DNA from: Plesiomonas shigelloides | GTDB lineage: Bacteria; Pseudomonadota; Gammaproteobacteria; Enterobacterales; CAMTGL01 | Direction of reading: 5' to 3' | NCBI RefSeq assembly: GCF_900087055.1 | Contig: NZ_LT575468.1 | Location: forward strand, 2,211,773-2,235,772 | Length of the DNA: 24,000 nucleotides | Part shown: piece by piece, positions 1-9,349 of the stretch | Numbering within the stretch: position 1 is the stretch's first letter | Layout of the letters: every line of letters starts with the position of its first letter | Notes under the pieces: model-generated | The model's database searches: none | What the model was told of the DNA's origin: nothing | The model's input: the letters and a program-made list of their open reading frames with translations, nothing else | Translations under genes and position numbers: made by a program

Positions 1-425
1 TCACACATCATATGCAGCACGTGACCGCCACCCACTGCGTAACCGGCTACCATCGCCACCACCGGCTTTGGACAGGTACGGATCTGACGCTGGAAATCCA
101 GCACGTTCAGGTGATGCACGCCGGAATCATCACGGTAGCCACCGTAGTCGCCACGGATCTTCTGGTCGCCGCCAGCGCAGAACGCTTTGTCGCCCTGACC
201 GGTCAGCACAATCACACCGACGTTGTCGTCATAACGCGCATCAGCCAGTGCTTGCAGCATCTCTTTCACAGTCTGTGGACGGAACGCGTTACGCACTTCT
301 GGGCGGTTGATAGTGATCTTAGCGATCCCGTCAGCAGATTTTTGGTACAGGATGTCAGTGTAGTCTGCGCTGCAGTCCTGCCATTCAATCGGGGCGTACA
401 GTTCTTCTTCGCTCGGATAAAGCAT
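1..425 (-). CDS. menB: 1,4-dihydroxy-2-naphthoyl-CoA synthase MenB, N-terminal ~141 codons; gene runs off the window at position 1
   Basis: Absent from the ORF track because there is no stop in the window. The reverse complement from ATG at 425-423 reads [56 protein letters not shown]...[59 protein letters not shown]. This is colinear with E. coli MenB (crotonase fold). An AGGA lies ~9 nt upstream. The + strand ORF 12..446 is its antisense shadow. Confidence 0.9.
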   Translation of the reverse strand, partial: MLYPSEEELYAPIEWQDCSADYTDILYQKSADGIAKITINRPEVRNAFRPQTVKEMLQALADARYDDNVGVIVLTGQGDKAFCAGGDQKIRGDYGGYRDDSGVHHLNVLDFQRQIRTCPKPVVAMVAGYAVGGGHVLHMMC

Positions 426-471
426 CGGGCTATGTCCTGTAAGTAATGAAAAAATAAGTGGATAAAAGCAT

Positions 472-519
472 AAAAAACCGCACCGTCAGCGTTCAGAAAC
501 GAACAGCTAAAACGGTGCG
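472..519 (-). terminator. Extended hairpin plus T6 tail (read on the minus strand) between menH stop and menB start
   Basis: Outer stem 479-486 (CGCACCGT) pairs with 512-519 (ACGGTGCG). Inner stems are 488-490/506-508 and 491-494/501-504, with loop AGAAAC. On the minus strand the stem is followed by GTTTTTTATGC (complement of A-run 472-477). The hairpin starts 13 nt after the menH stop. Confidence 0.55.
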
Positions 520-531
520 TGAAATTTCAGT

Positions 532-1431
532 TCAACGGGCGTCAGCAGTTTCTGCTGACGGCGGCGTTGATGCACGTTCTGTCGCAGACGCTTGCGCTAA
601 AATCGCGCGGATCTGCGCCGCATAAGCGGTTGGATTGCCGTAATGAGCATTGTGTCCAGCCTGTGGGATCAGCGCGAGCGGATAACCGTGCTGACGCGCC
701 AAGGTGACGAACTTCAAATCAGTCTCACCACACAGATAGTGGAATGGCAACGGCAGATCGCGCAGCGGCTGGCCCATTTGTGGCTGACGCCCTAAGGAAG
801 AGCCTTCCAGCATCATGGCTAACGCTCGGCCATCGTTGGCCGCACGGCGTTGTTGCAACTCACTGCGTTGCGTTGGATTCAAATCGGCAAACACCGGTTG
901 GCGATACCAGTCGCGCAGCACATCGGCCAGCGCCTCACGACGAAAACGCTCTGCCCAACGCCGGTCGTGGTACCAACGGCCCAGACACTGCTCTTCTTGC
1001 GGCAGGCCCGGATGCGCGCCTTCCAAAATCAACCCACGCAGACCTTGCGGCGGCTGGCCATTGGCCGTTTGCGTCGCATGGTAGGCCGCAATGCGCCCGC
1101 CCATGGAGTAGCCTATCAGCCAATAATCGTGAATGCCTTGCGCTGCCAGTGTCGCCGTCAGCAGGCGATTCACTTCGGCCATCGAACGCACGCTAAATCC
1201 AGTTGAACCGCCGTGTCCCGGCAGGTCAACAGTCAGCAGCGGATAGTCGGCCAATTGACCTGTCACCGCTTGCCAATCATCACCATTGCCGAGAAAACCA
1301 TGCAGCCAAACCAGCCACGGTTTGCCTTGTTCACTCAGCGCCGTGTCACCACGGCGGACACAGTGCAAGGTTGATGAATTCTGAGGTGACACTTGCGCTT
1401 CAACTGATTGAGTTTTAACTGATAACGGCAT
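532..1431 (-). CDS. menH: 2-succinyl-6-hydroxy-2,4-cyclohexadiene-1-carboxylate synthase MenH (alpha/beta hydrolase)
   Basis: [12 protein letters not shown], the nucleophile elbow GYSMGGR and the C-terminal AGHNAH all align with E. coli MenH. The start is chosen at ATG 1431 (MPLSVK), which overlaps the menD end. The ORF-track start at 1485 lies inside menD. An in-frame TTG further downstream is also possible. Confidence 0.85.
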   Translation of the reverse strand: MPLSVKTQSVEAQVSPQNSSTLHCVRRGDTALSEQGKPWLVWLHGFLGNGDDWQAVTGQLADYPLLTVDLPGHGGSTGFSVRSMAEVNRLLTATLAAQGIHDYWLIGYSMGGRIAAYHATQTANGQPPQGLRGLILEGAHPGLPQEEQCLGRWYHDRRWAERFRREALADVLRDWYRQPVFADLNPTQRSELQQRRAANDGRALAMMLEGSSLGRQPQMGQPLRDLPLPFHYLCGETDLKFVTLARQHGYPLALIPQAGHNAHYGNPTAYAAQIRAILAQASATERASTPPSAETADAR

Positions 1432-3109
1432 CTCGCACCTGTTGCAGTAATGTCCGCAGGGTTTCAGCGCCCTCGCTGTCGGCAACTTTCAGCTCCATCA
1501 GCATGGCACCATTTTTCACATACGCCTGACGCAGCGCGGTTCCCACATCAGCCCAGGTGTACGGGCGGGCATACGCCATCCCAAACATGGCGGCAGCATG
1601 GGAAAAATCTAGCCCATGCGGCATGCGGTAGAAACGTTCACGCTCTGCTTCCGGCGCAGGTAATAGATCAAAGATAGCCCCACCGTTGTTATTAATCACG
1701 ATCAGCACAAACGGCACACCGAGATTACGCAGCAGCGCCATCGAGTTCAGATCGTACAACGCCGAGGTATCACCGACGATCGCCAGTGTTGGCTTACCAC
1801 CGGCCTTGGCAACGCCTGCCGCGGTTGAGATCAAGCCATCAATGCCACTGGCACCGCGATTGCTGTAAGTTGGGTAATTTTCAGGCAAGGTGCCCAGCGC
1901 ATCAATCAAACGCACAATCAGGCTGTTACCTAAGAAAACTTGGCCATCTGGCGGCAGAATTTTATTCAAGTGGTGCGCGATCGAGGCTTCACAGAGCTTG
2001 GAACCCAAGTGTTTTTGCACTTGCGTATGGGCAAAACGCGCCAACGCCGGCAACTCAATCGCCCACGGCTTACGTTGCCCTTCAGCGGGATGGGCACGAA
2101 CCCAATCGGCAATACCGGCGCAAATCCGGCGGCTACGATGATGATACGGGTCTAAACGCTCACTATGCGGCGCTACCACCCAATACTCTTGTACACACAG
2201 GCTTTCCAGCCACTGGCACACCCGTTTGGAGATAAAGCGGCCACCCAGTTGGATGACAATCTCTGCCTCAGCCAAACGCTCTAGCGCATGCGGGTTACTC
2301 AGCCACAAATCGGCATACGGCAGCATCGGCGATACGCCGGATTGCACGTCAGTGATCAACGGCCAGCCCAAACGCTGTGCCCACGCCGCGACGGCGGCCC
2401 CTTCTTCGGGCGCCATTTGACCGGCGACAATCACCCCTTTGCGCTTGCACAGGGTATCCCAATGCGGATCAGTTTCGACTGACGCTTGCGGATGACGGAA
2501 AGTTAGCCATGGGGCATCACCACCCAGCCAATCGGCCACCGGCTGCATCCACTCTTGATACAAGCTGGTGTCATTGCCGTACAGCGGCTCCGCAAACGGG
2601 CAGTTCACATGCACTGCGCCGCCCTCTTGCGCCTGACGGTGCATCGCGGTATCCAACTCGGATAGCAGCCAACGCACCGGAATATCCGGCGTAGGGCGCG
2701 GTAAATTCAGACTGACACACGGATGGTCGGCAAACATACCCGGCTGACGAATCGCTTGATTCGCGCCACAATCCACCAGCTCTGGCGGACGGTCTGCCGT
2801 CAGCAACACCAGTTTTTCTTTGGTCAAACCGGCTTCAATCAGAGCCGGATACAAATTGGCCACCGCCGTTCCGGAGGTCACGATAACCGCAACCGGCTGA
2901 TTTAACGCCTTTGCCATACCGAGCGCCATATGTCCTAAACCACGCTCATCAAAATGGGTGTGGCAGGTCAATTTGGCATGCGCGGCCGCTTCCAGCGTCA
3001 GCGGTGTTGAGCGGGAACCGGGGGCAATACAGACATGGCGAACCCCGTGACGGGTAATCGCTTCCAGCACTACCCCCGCCCAGCGACGATTAAAGGCACT
3101 TGTTGACAT
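1415..3109 (-). CDS. menD: 2-succinyl-5-enolpyruvyl-6-hydroxy-3-cyclohexene-1-carboxylate synthase MenD (ThDP enzyme)
   Basis: From ATG 3109 the product reads [38 protein letters not shown], nearly identical to the E. coli MenD N-terminus. GDLSALYDLN-type and NNNGG ThDP motifs are present ([19 protein letters not shown]). The ORF-track start at 3208 is an upstream extension into menF. Confidence 0.93.
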   Translation of the reverse strand: MSTSAFNRRWAGVVLEAITRHGVRHVCIAPGSRSTPLTLEAAAHAKLTCHTHFDERGLGHMALGMAKALNQPVAVIVTSGTAVANLYPALIEAGLTKEKLVLLTADRPPELVDCGANQAIRQPGMFADHPCVSLNLPRPTPDIPVRWLLSELDTAMHRQAQEGGAVHVNCPFAEPLYGNDTSLYQEWMQPVADWLGGDAPWLTFRHPQASVETDPHWDTLCKRKGVIVAGQMAPEEGAAVAAWAQRLGWPLITDVQSGVSPMLPYADLWLSNPHALERLAEAEIVIQLGGRFISKRVCQWLESLCVQEYWVVAPHSERLDPYHHRSRRICAGIADWVRAHPAEGQRKPWAIELPALARFAHTQVQKHLGSKLCEASIAHHLNKILPPDGQVFLGNSLIVRLIDALGTLPENYPTYSNRGASGIDGLISTAAGVAKAGGKPTLAIVGDTSALYDLNSMALLRNLGVPFVLIVINNNGGAIFDLLPAPEAERERFYRMPHGLDFSHAAAMFGMAYARPYTWADVGTALRQAYVKNGAMLMELKVADSEGAETLRTLLQQVRDAVIS

Positions 3110-4532
3110 AGTCGGGCTCCAGCAAAGTGCGCAGGCCGGCGGCTTTGCGCTCAATCTCCTGCCACTCAGCTTCTGGGTCAGAGCCGGGGACAATTCCAGC
3201 CCCGGCAAATAAATGAACTTGGTTTTGTTGGATCAACGCCGAACGGATAGCCACGGTAAACTCCGCGCGCTCACGGGAAATGTGCCCAACAGAGCCGGCA
3301 TACCAGCCGCGCTCAAAAGGCTCATGTTCGTGAATAAAGCGCCGCGCCGGCTCACGCGGTAATCCCGCGACCGCGGCGGTTGGATGCAACCAAGTCAAAC
3401 ACTGGGCATCATCGGCTTGCCGTAATTGGGCGGTGATCCGTCGCCGCAGATGCTGCACTTTACGCAGTGCCAACACCTCTGCAGGCAAAACATCTAGATT
3501 ATCCACATGTCCGCTTAAACGTGAACAGATATCTTCCACTACCAGTAGATTTTCGTGCTGATTTTTCTTATCAGAAAGCAGCCACTGAGCCAGCTGATGA
3601 TCCTGAATATCATCCCCAGTACGCGACACCGTCCCAGCCAGCGCTTCGGTGTACAGCGTCTGACCACTGCGGCGGAACAAACGCTCGGGGCTGGAGCCAA
3701 CAAAACCGTGGCTATCATCCAGCGCCAACATAAAATGGAAACAGCGGTGATTCACACGGCGACTGGCGGCCAGCAATTCAGCCGGCGCCACTGGCTTATC
3801 CAGCGTCAGCGTGGTTTTACGCGCTAACACCACTTTATCAAATTCACGCGCCTCAATAGCCGCCAGAGATTTGCGGATCAGCGCAAACCAGCCCGCTTTA
3901 TCGGGCGCATGGCGCGCTTGCTCCACCGTCACATCCGGCAAATTCAGCGCACTTGACGCCACCAGCTGACACAGCTGTTGCCACGCTTGCAGGCCATCTT
4001 CTCGCAGCGAAGTGTGGCTATGCAGGTTAATGGTTAACCACGCCCCTTTGGTGGTCTGGCGCAGTTCAAAGCGCGGCAAGAAAAACCAGCCGCTCAAACA
4101 GCCGTGGCTACGCGCTTGCAAGCCATCAAATGCTGTACCGCCCCACACGCGCAGCGGTTCGTTCTGCGCCTGTAAGAACTCACTGACCGCATCAGGGCGA
4201 TTAAACACGCGAACTTGCCCCAGCGCGGCGACCTCTTCAGAGCCATCACGGTGCAACCAGTAAAATTTGGGAAACAGCGGCTGAGCTGACAACCAGTCAA
4301 GTAATTTGCCAGCATCTCGGCGTAGCATGGAGAACGTAAATTGCCGGATACCGGGAGAATCCGGTAACGCCGCAGAGGAAGAATCGGAATGGGTGACATC
4401 CGGTACGGCGTTATCCGCCGGGCCACAAAACAGCTGACGCAGTCTGGGCATCAGTTCATCAAGCAGGTTCAAAGTAACCTCACGCGTAAGCAATCCACTT
4501 ACTCTGGTTATTTTCGCTCTCCTGATTTTCAT
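3090..4532 (-). CDS. menF: Isochorismate synthase MenF
   Basis: Chorismate-binding family motifs align with E. coli MenF: [69 protein letters not shown]. The start is uncertain: ATG 4532 (480 aa) or ATG 4451 (453 aa), neither with a good SD. The 3' end overlaps the menD start by 20 nt. Confidence 0.88.
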   Translation of the reverse strand: MKIRRAKITRVSGLLTREVTLNLLDELMPRLRQLFCGPADNAVPDVTHSDSSSAALPDSPGIRQFTFSMLRRDAGKLLDWLSAQPLFPKFYWLHRDGSEEVAALGQVRVFNRPDAVSEFLQAQNEPLRVWGGTAFDGLQARSHGCLSGWFFLPRFELRQTTKGAWLTINLHSHTSLREDGLQAWQQLCQLVASSALNLPDVTVEQARHAPDKAGWFALIRKSLAAIEAREFDKVVLARKTTLTLDKPVAPAELLAASRRVNHRCFHFMLALDDSHGFVGSSPERLFRRSGQTLYTEALAGTVSRTGDDIQDHQLAQWLLSDKKNQHENLLVVEDICSRLSGHVDNLDVLPAEVLALRKVQHLRRRITAQLRQADDAQCLTWLHPTAAVAGLPREPARRFIHEHEPFERGWYAGSVGHISRERAEFTVAIRSALIQQNQVHLFAGAGIVPGSDPEAEWQEIERKAAGLRTLLEPDYVNKCL

Positions 4533-4822
4533 TTTGATCCATGGAGAGTCATCACAAAACAGCCATATTGTAACGCCAAACGGCCAGTTTCAACGACCGT
4601 GGTCACACAGACTTATTCAAAGTCATAATTTTAATCTATTTTATTGCCATTTAGCACAATAAAATACCAATTAGTAACACTTAATAGTTATCTATGCGCC
4701 GCTAGCGGAGCCACATACAGAGCGTTGCTCTGAAATCAACCAGTTAGCTTTCGCCGCTGCCGCCCACAGAGTAAAGTGCTGGAGTATCTCTCTTTATATT
4801 TAAAACAGTGGCGCGCCTTACT

Positions 4823-6037
4823 ATGCATACTCTCAATAAGTCTACAAAACTCGATAACGTTTGCTATGACATCCGCGGCCCGGTATTAAAAGAAGCCAAA
4901 CGCTTAGAAGAAGAAGGCAACAAAATTCTCAAGCTGAATATCGGCAACCCCGCGCCTTTTGGTTTTGAAGCGCCCGATGAAATTTTGGTCGATGTGATTC
5001 GCAATCTGCCTACCGCGCAAGGCTACTCAGACTCCAAAGGATTATATTCCGCTCGTAAAGCCATTATGCAGCACTATCAAAAGCGCAACATGATGGACGC
5101 CACCGTGGAAGACATCTATATCGGTAACGGGGTTTCCGAGCTGATTGTGATGGCGATGCAGGCCTTGCTGAATAATGGCGACGAAATTCTGGTGCCAGCG
5201 CCTGATTATCCGCTGTGGACAGCGGCAGTTTCCCTGTCCGGCGGCTCTGCCGTGCACTACATGTGCGATGAAGAAGCCGGCTGGTTCCCTGATTTAGACG
5301 ATATCAAACGTAAAATCACCCCGCGCACCAAGGGGATTGTGATCATCAACCCCAATAACCCTACCGGTGCGGTTTACAGCAAAGAATTGCTGCTCGAGGT
5401 CGTGGAAATTGCGCGCCAACATAACCTCGTGATCTTTGCCGATGAAATTTACGACAAGATCCTGTACGACCACGCGGTGCACCACTCGATCGCAGCCTTA
5501 GCGCCGGATCTGCTGACCGTTACCTTTAACGGATTGTCCAAAACCTACCGCGTGGCCGGTTTTCGCCAAGGTTGGATGGTACTGCACGGCCCGAAAAAGC
5601 ACGCTAAGAGCTATATCGAAGGCTTAGAGATGCTGGCCTCGATGCGCTTGTGTGCGAACGTGCCGATGCAACACGCTATTCAAACCGCTATTGGTGGTTA
5701 TCAGAGCATCAACGAATTTATCCATCCGGGTGGTCGCCTGTACGAGCAACGTAACCGCGCGTGGGAGCTGATCAACGAGATCCCAGGGATCTCCTGCGTC
5801 AAGCCGATGGGCGCGCTGTATATGTTCCCGAAACTGGATCAGAAGAAATTCAATATCCGTAACGATCAAAAAATGGTGCTCGACCTGCTGCTACAAGAAA
5901 AAGTGCTGCTGGTTCAGGGAACCGGCTTTAATTGGCCGCATCCCGATCATTTCCGGATCGTCACGCTGCCACGTGTGGATGAGTTGGAGATGGCAATCGG
6001 TAAACTGGGGCGTTTCTTCTCCACGTACCACCAATAA
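4823..6037 (+). CDS. alaA: Glutamate-pyruvate aminotransferase AlaA (YfbQ), PLP-dependent
   Basis: KLDNVCYDIRGPVLKEAKRLEEEGNKILKLNIGNPAPFGF and the PLP-lysine context NGLSKTYRVAGFRQGW are almost identical to E. coli AlaA. ATG 4823 gives 404 aa, close to the E. coli length. GTG 4808 in the ORF track is a 5-codon extension. Confidence 0.9.
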   Translation: MHTLNKSTKLDNVCYDIRGPVLKEAKRLEEEGNKILKLNIGNPAPFGFEAPDEILVDVIRNLPTAQGYSDSKGLYSARKAIMQHYQKRNMMDATVEDIYIGNGVSELIVMAMQALLNNGDEILVPAPDYPLWTAAVSLSGGSAVHYMCDEEAGWFPDLDDIKRKITPRTKGIVIINPNNPTGAVYSKELLLEVVEIARQHNLVIFADEIYDKILYDHAVHHSIAALAPDLLTVTFNGLSKTYRVAGFRQGWMVLHGPKKHAKSYIEGLEMLASMRLCANVPMQHAIQTAIGGYQSINEFIHPGGRLYEQRNRAWELINEIPGISCVKPMGALYMFPKLDQKKFNIRNDQKMVLDLLLQEKVLLVQGTGFNWPHPDHFRIVTLPRVDELEMAIGKLGRFFSTYHQ

Positions 6038-6103
6038 GTACCATTAATAAGCGGCACCGTTAATTTTCCCCTGTCACACTCATCCGGCATACATGCCTGC
6101 CCA

Positions 6104-6132
6104 AGCACTCCCTCACCGGAGTGCTTTTTCTT
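6104..6132 (+). terminator. Intrinsic terminator after alaA
   Basis: Stem AGCACTCC (6104-6111) pairs with GGAGTGCT (6118-6125), loop CTCACC, followed by TTTTTCTT. Confidence 0.7.
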
Positions 6133-6229
6133 GGCCTTTTTACAGCTGAATCTGATACCAGCGCCGCTTTTGCTTCTTCGCGCCCTTTGCCGCACAATAT
6201 TGTTCTGGCATCGGTTAAGGAGTAATGGA

Positions 6230-6835
6230 ATGAACCACAGCCACTTTTTCGCCTACCTGTCGCGGATGAAACTGATCAACCGCTGGCCGTTAATGCGCAA
6301 TGTGCAAACGGAAAATATCTCCGAGCACAGCTTGCAAGTCGCCTTTGTGGCTCACGCATTGGCACTGATTAAAAACAAAAAATTCGCAGGGAATGTTAAC
6401 CCTGAGCGCATCGCCCTGATTGCCATGTTCCACGATGCTGGCGAAGTGTTAACCGGTGATTTGCCCACCCCTATCAAGTACTACAACCCAGAAATTGCCC
6501 GCGAATACAAAAAAATTGAAAAAATCGCCGAGCAAAAACTGGTCGGTATGTTGCCTCCCGAGTTTCAAGACGACTACCGAATGCTGATTGACTCCGATGC
6601 GCTGCAACCTGAGGAGCAACACATCGTCAAACAAGCCGACGCCCTGTGTGCCTATCTCAAGTGCATCGAAGAGCTCTCGGCAGGGAATAACGAATTTAAA
6701 CTGGCCAAAAAACGGCTGAAGAAAACCTTGCGTGACCGCCACAGTGAAGAGATGGATTACTTCATGAACGTGTTTGTACCGAGCTTTCATCTTTCTTTAG
6801 ATGAAATCAGTCACGATGAACAAGGCACGCTGTAA
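6230..6835 (+). CDS. yfbR: 5'-deoxynucleotidase YfbR (HD-domain phosphohydrolase)
   Basis: [38 protein letters not shown] and [14 protein letters not shown] align with E. coli YfbR (199 aa). SD AAGGAG at 6217-6222 lies 7 nt before ATG 6230. The ORF-track start at 6131 is an artefactual extension. Confidence 0.9.
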   Translation: MNHSHFFAYLSRMKLINRWPLMRNVQTENISEHSLQVAFVAHALALIKNKKFAGNVNPERIALIAMFHDAGEVLTGDLPTPIKYYNPEIAREYKKIEKIAEQKLVGMLPPEFQDDYRMLIDSDALQPEEQHIVKQADALCAYLKCIEELSAGNNEFKLAKKRLKKTLRDRHSEEMDYFMNVFVPSFHLSLDEISHDEQGTL

Positions 6836-6881
6836 TCACGCCGAGTGAAGGCAAAAAATACAAAAAAGAACAGGAATCACC

Positions 6882-7319
6882 ATGAAACCAATCGCTGCCC
6901 TGATGCTGTTACTGGCCCTGACCGGCTGTAAAGAGAAAGAAAAAGTGCTGAAAGTGACGTTGGATCAACCCACCCTCACCGAAACACAAATGCAAAACGT
7001 GGTCAGTGCGTGGCGCAAACTCAAAGAGATGTGCCCCGCGTTAGCCAGTAAAGACATTGTGCATGTTACCGGCGTCTTAGAAGACGAAACCACCATGCCC
7101 GGTTGGGGCGCGATGTACCCGCAGTTCAAACAATACCAGTGGGTGGGCGATATTCTGTTTCAAGCCGAAGACGGCACGCGCAAGCAGACCTATAACCTGA
7201 TGTTCGGTTACGGTCAGCAGCCGGCCATTTTATATAAAGAGACCCAACTTACTGAGCTGTGTCAGTGGCAAGGGAAAGTCGAGCGGTTGAACGACCAATA
7301 CTGGATTTACAAGCAGTAA
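6882..7319 (+). CDS. Hypothetical lipoprotein, 145 aa, unknown function
   Basis: The N-terminus MKPIAALMLLLALTGC carries a lipobox (LTG|C), and residue +2 is Lys. There is a weak SD (CAGGAA). The gene starts 46 nt after yfbR with no terminator between them. I recognise no family. Confidence 0.7.
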   Translation: MKPIAALMLLLALTGCKEKEKVLKVTLDQPTLTETQMQNVVSAWRKLKEMCPALASKDIVHVTGVLEDETTMPGWGAMYPQFKQYQWVGDILFQAEDGTRKQTYNLMFGYGQQPAILYKETQLTELCQWQGKVERLNDQYWIYKQ

Positions 7320-7347
7320 ACGGTGTTTATCACCACACGCTAACAAC

Positions 7348-7377
7348 AAAAAATCCGGCGCAGTGGCCGGATTTTTT
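7348..7377. terminator. Bidirectional intrinsic terminator between the lipoprotein gene (+) and ansB (-)
   Basis: AAAAAA-TCCGGC (7354-7359), loop GCAGTG, GCCGGA (7366-7371), TTTTTT. A-run and T-run flanks allow it to work on both strands. Confidence 0.8.
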
Positions 7378-7398
7378 ATGTCTCAGGCATCAAGGCCA

Positions 7399-8475
7399 TT
7401 AGTAAGTCAGGAAGATTTCCTGAATCTTAGCTGGGTCTTGCGTTTGCGTCAGCGCCAGCTGCAGCAGAACACGCGCTTTTTGCGGGTTCAACGGGCCAGC
7501 TGCCACAAAGCCGTACTTGGCATCATCGATTTCCGCATCCAGCGTTGTGGAGCCTGTAGGCACACGGGATGAACGCACAACTGCGGTACCGTTTTTAGCC
7601 GCTTTTTCCAGCACATCAAAGGTGGTGTTGTACAGGTTACCGTTACCCACACCAGCAGTCACGATACCGTCATACTTCGCATCCACCAGCGCTTTCACTG
7701 GCTCTACCGCCATGTTGGAGTAACCGTACACGATACCCACTTTCGGCAGCTTATCCAGCTTGCTCACATCGAACTGGCTTTCGCTGGTGTGCTTACGAGT
7801 AGGGGTACGCTGGTAATCAATCTTACCGTTATGGATGTAACCCAGTGGGCCATAGTTTGGCGCTTGGAAGGTGTTCACTTCGGTGGTGTTCATCTTCACC
7901 ACGTCACGGGCACCCAGTACGGTGTCGTTCATGGCAACCATCACGCCACGGCCTTTCGAGTTGGCATCAGCTGCCGTTACCACCGCGTTATACAGGTTGA
8001 ATGGACCGTCTGCGCTCATCGCAGTAGAAGGACGCATCGCGCCTACCAGTACCACAGGCTTGTCGCTCTTCACGACCAAGTCCAGGAAATACGCGGTCTC
8101 TTCCATGGTATCCGTACCGTGAGTAATCACGATGCCATCCACGTCGTCCTTCGCCAGCAGCTCATTGACACGCTTGGCCAGCTTCAGCCAGACTTCGTCA
8201 TTCATATCCTGAGAGCCGATTTTCACTACCTGCTCACCGGACACATCAGCGACTGATTTCATCTCTGGCACCGCAGCAATCAGGGCATCCACCCCGACTT
8301 TACCGGCGGTATAGCTGGAGTCAGTCGCAGAATTGGTGGTACTGGCACCGGCAATGGTTCCGCCTGTAGCCAGAATCGTGATATTAGGTAAATCAGCAGC
8401 AAATGCAGCACCGGAAAACCACAAAGCGACAACAGAAGCACTCAGTGTTTTTTGAAAAGTTTTACTGATAGTCAT
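7399..8475 (-). CDS. ansB: Periplasmic L-asparaginase II
   Basis: A signal peptide ends in AAFA|ADLPN, followed by ITILATGGTIAG (catalytic Thr motif) and GIVITHGTDTMEETAYFL. These are typical of type II asparaginase. Confidence 0.93.
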   Translation of the reverse strand: MTISKTFQKTLSASVVALWFSGAAFAADLPNITILATGGTIAGASTTNSATDSSYTAGKVGVDALIAAVPEMKSVADVSGEQVVKIGSQDMNDEVWLKLAKRVNELLAKDDVDGIVITHGTDTMEETAYFLDLVVKSDKPVVLVGAMRPSTAMSADGPFNLYNAVVTAADANSKGRGVMVAMNDTVLGARDVVKMNTTEVNTFQAPNYGPLGYIHNGKIDYQRTPTRKHTSESQFDVSKLDKLPKVGIVYGYSNMAVEPVKALVDAKYDGIVTAGVGNGNLYNTTFDVLEKAAKNGTAVVRSSRVPTGSTTLDAEIDDAKYGFVAAGPLNPQKARVLLQLALTQTQDPAKIQEIFLTY

Positions 8476-8509
8476 CGTGTTACATCCATTTAGTTATCGA
8501 CCGCCGCTC

Positions 8510-8602
8510 ATTATGCCGAGCACGGCCGATAAAAATGTGATTAATCGTGAAAAAAGAGGGACGAATGCAGCATAAAAATCTGAGAGTGTTACTTGCCGCA
8601 CA
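8510..8602 (-). promoter_or_regulatory. Candidate ansB promoter: -10 CATAAT, a CRP/FNR-family half-site near -41 and a CRP-like site near -92
   Basis: Reading the minus strand, CATAAT lies at 8515-8510. TTCACGATTAATCACA (8551-8536) has a perfect TCACAttt right half but a poor left half. TGTGCGGCAAGTAACA (8602-8587) matches the TGTGA-N6-TCACA core at 8 of 10 positions. The site centres are 51 bp apart. Confidence 0.4.
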
Positions 8603-8659
8603 TAAAAATAACCGTCAACAGTGGTTAGCTTAGCGCCTTATCAGAAGGAAGATGTGTGT

Positions 8660-9241
8660 ATGCGTAAAACGATCCTGACCTGTGCAGTACTGGTCAGCTG
8701 TTGGACGGGCACGGCGCTAGCCAATACCGGCCTGCAGCAAGTTGCGGATGACACGGTCAACACCAAACAACGTGCGCAAGCCTTTGCTGCGCTCGAACCG
8801 AGCTTACCCCCAGATCCGGGGATGGCGGGCATGGTTTCTTTAGTTGGAGTCGATCTCGATGGCGATGGCGTTCGAGATGACGTTCAGCGTAAAATTGCCG
8901 CCCGATATCCGAATGCGCCCAGCAAGCGAGCGGCGCTGTTGCAACTGACAAATGCCATCACCACCAGCATGCTGACCTACCATCAGGAGCTGATGGATAA
9001 AAAAGATATTAGCGTTACCGGCGAAGAGATCTCACGCGCTGCTGCGTGTGCCACATTCCAGAATGTGACGCCGGGATTTTCGCTCAAAGAGCTGGAACAA
9101 TGGATTGCCAACACCCCAGAGCGTCAACTGGCCTACTCAGCGCTGAATGACTATCTAGCGGTAAACGGTGATTTTTATAACTATGCTGTGGAAGGTGCCG
9201 CCAACTGCGATAGCAGTTATTACCAGCAGTTGGTACGCTGA
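8660..9241 (+). CDS. Hypothetical secreted protein, 193 aa, with a single DxDxDG calcium-loop-like motif
   Basis: SD AAGGAAG lies 8 nt before ATG 8660. The signal peptide MRKTILTCAVLVSCWTGTALA|NTG is followed by VDLDGDGVRDDV. Two Cys residues occur in the mature part. The ORF-track start at 8621 adds 13 unlikely codons. I recognise no family. Confidence 0.65.
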   Translation: MRKTILTCAVLVSCWTGTALANTGLQQVADDTVNTKQRAQAFAALEPSLPPDPGMAGMVSLVGVDLDGDGVRDDVQRKIAARYPNAPSKRAALLQLTNAITTSMLTYHQELMDKKDISVTGEEISRAAACATFQNVTPGFSLKELEQWIANTPERQLAYSALNDYLAVNGDFYNYAVEGAANCDSSYYQQLVR

Positions 9242-9349
9242 CCAAGTAAGACGTGCGTTCAACCTGTCGCTGGCAGAGCGAATGCATGACAATAACGACC
9301 GGCGCTGTGATGACCGGTGTACTGACTAAACTAAACGGACTCTGTGCAC

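Noticed and set aside
12-446. 144-aa + strand ORF at the window start (with nested ORF 68..310)
   Set aside because: It is antisense to a clear menB reading frame. The reverse strand translates to an almost exact MenB N-terminus starting at ATG 425. The + strand product is His/Thr/Val-rich nonsense with no SD.
478-490. Identical 13-mer CCGCACCGTCAGC in two terminator hairpins (478-490 and 19646-19658), considered as a possible repeat family
   Set aside because: A few exact 13-mer coincidences are expected by chance in 24 kb. The partner arms and loops differ, and there is no extended similarity outside the 13 nt.
4699-4732. 10-bp perfect palindrome CCGCTAGCGG (4699-4708) and small hairpin CAGAGC-GTT-GCTCTG (4718-4732) upstream of alaA
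   Set aside because: Both are short, have no T-run, and cannot be linked to a known operator (alaA is Lrp-responsive in E. coli, and Lrp sites are AT-rich). They are too weak to call as features.
6131-6229. Upstream extensions of ORF-track starts (yfbR 6131, secreted protein 8621, yfcD 22588, menD 3208, menH 1485, alaA 4808)
   Set aside because: Each extension overlaps a terminator or the preceding gene, uses a non-ATG codon or lacks an SD. Each also adds residues absent from the E. coli orthologue, while an internal ATG with a proper SD matches the orthologue N-terminus.
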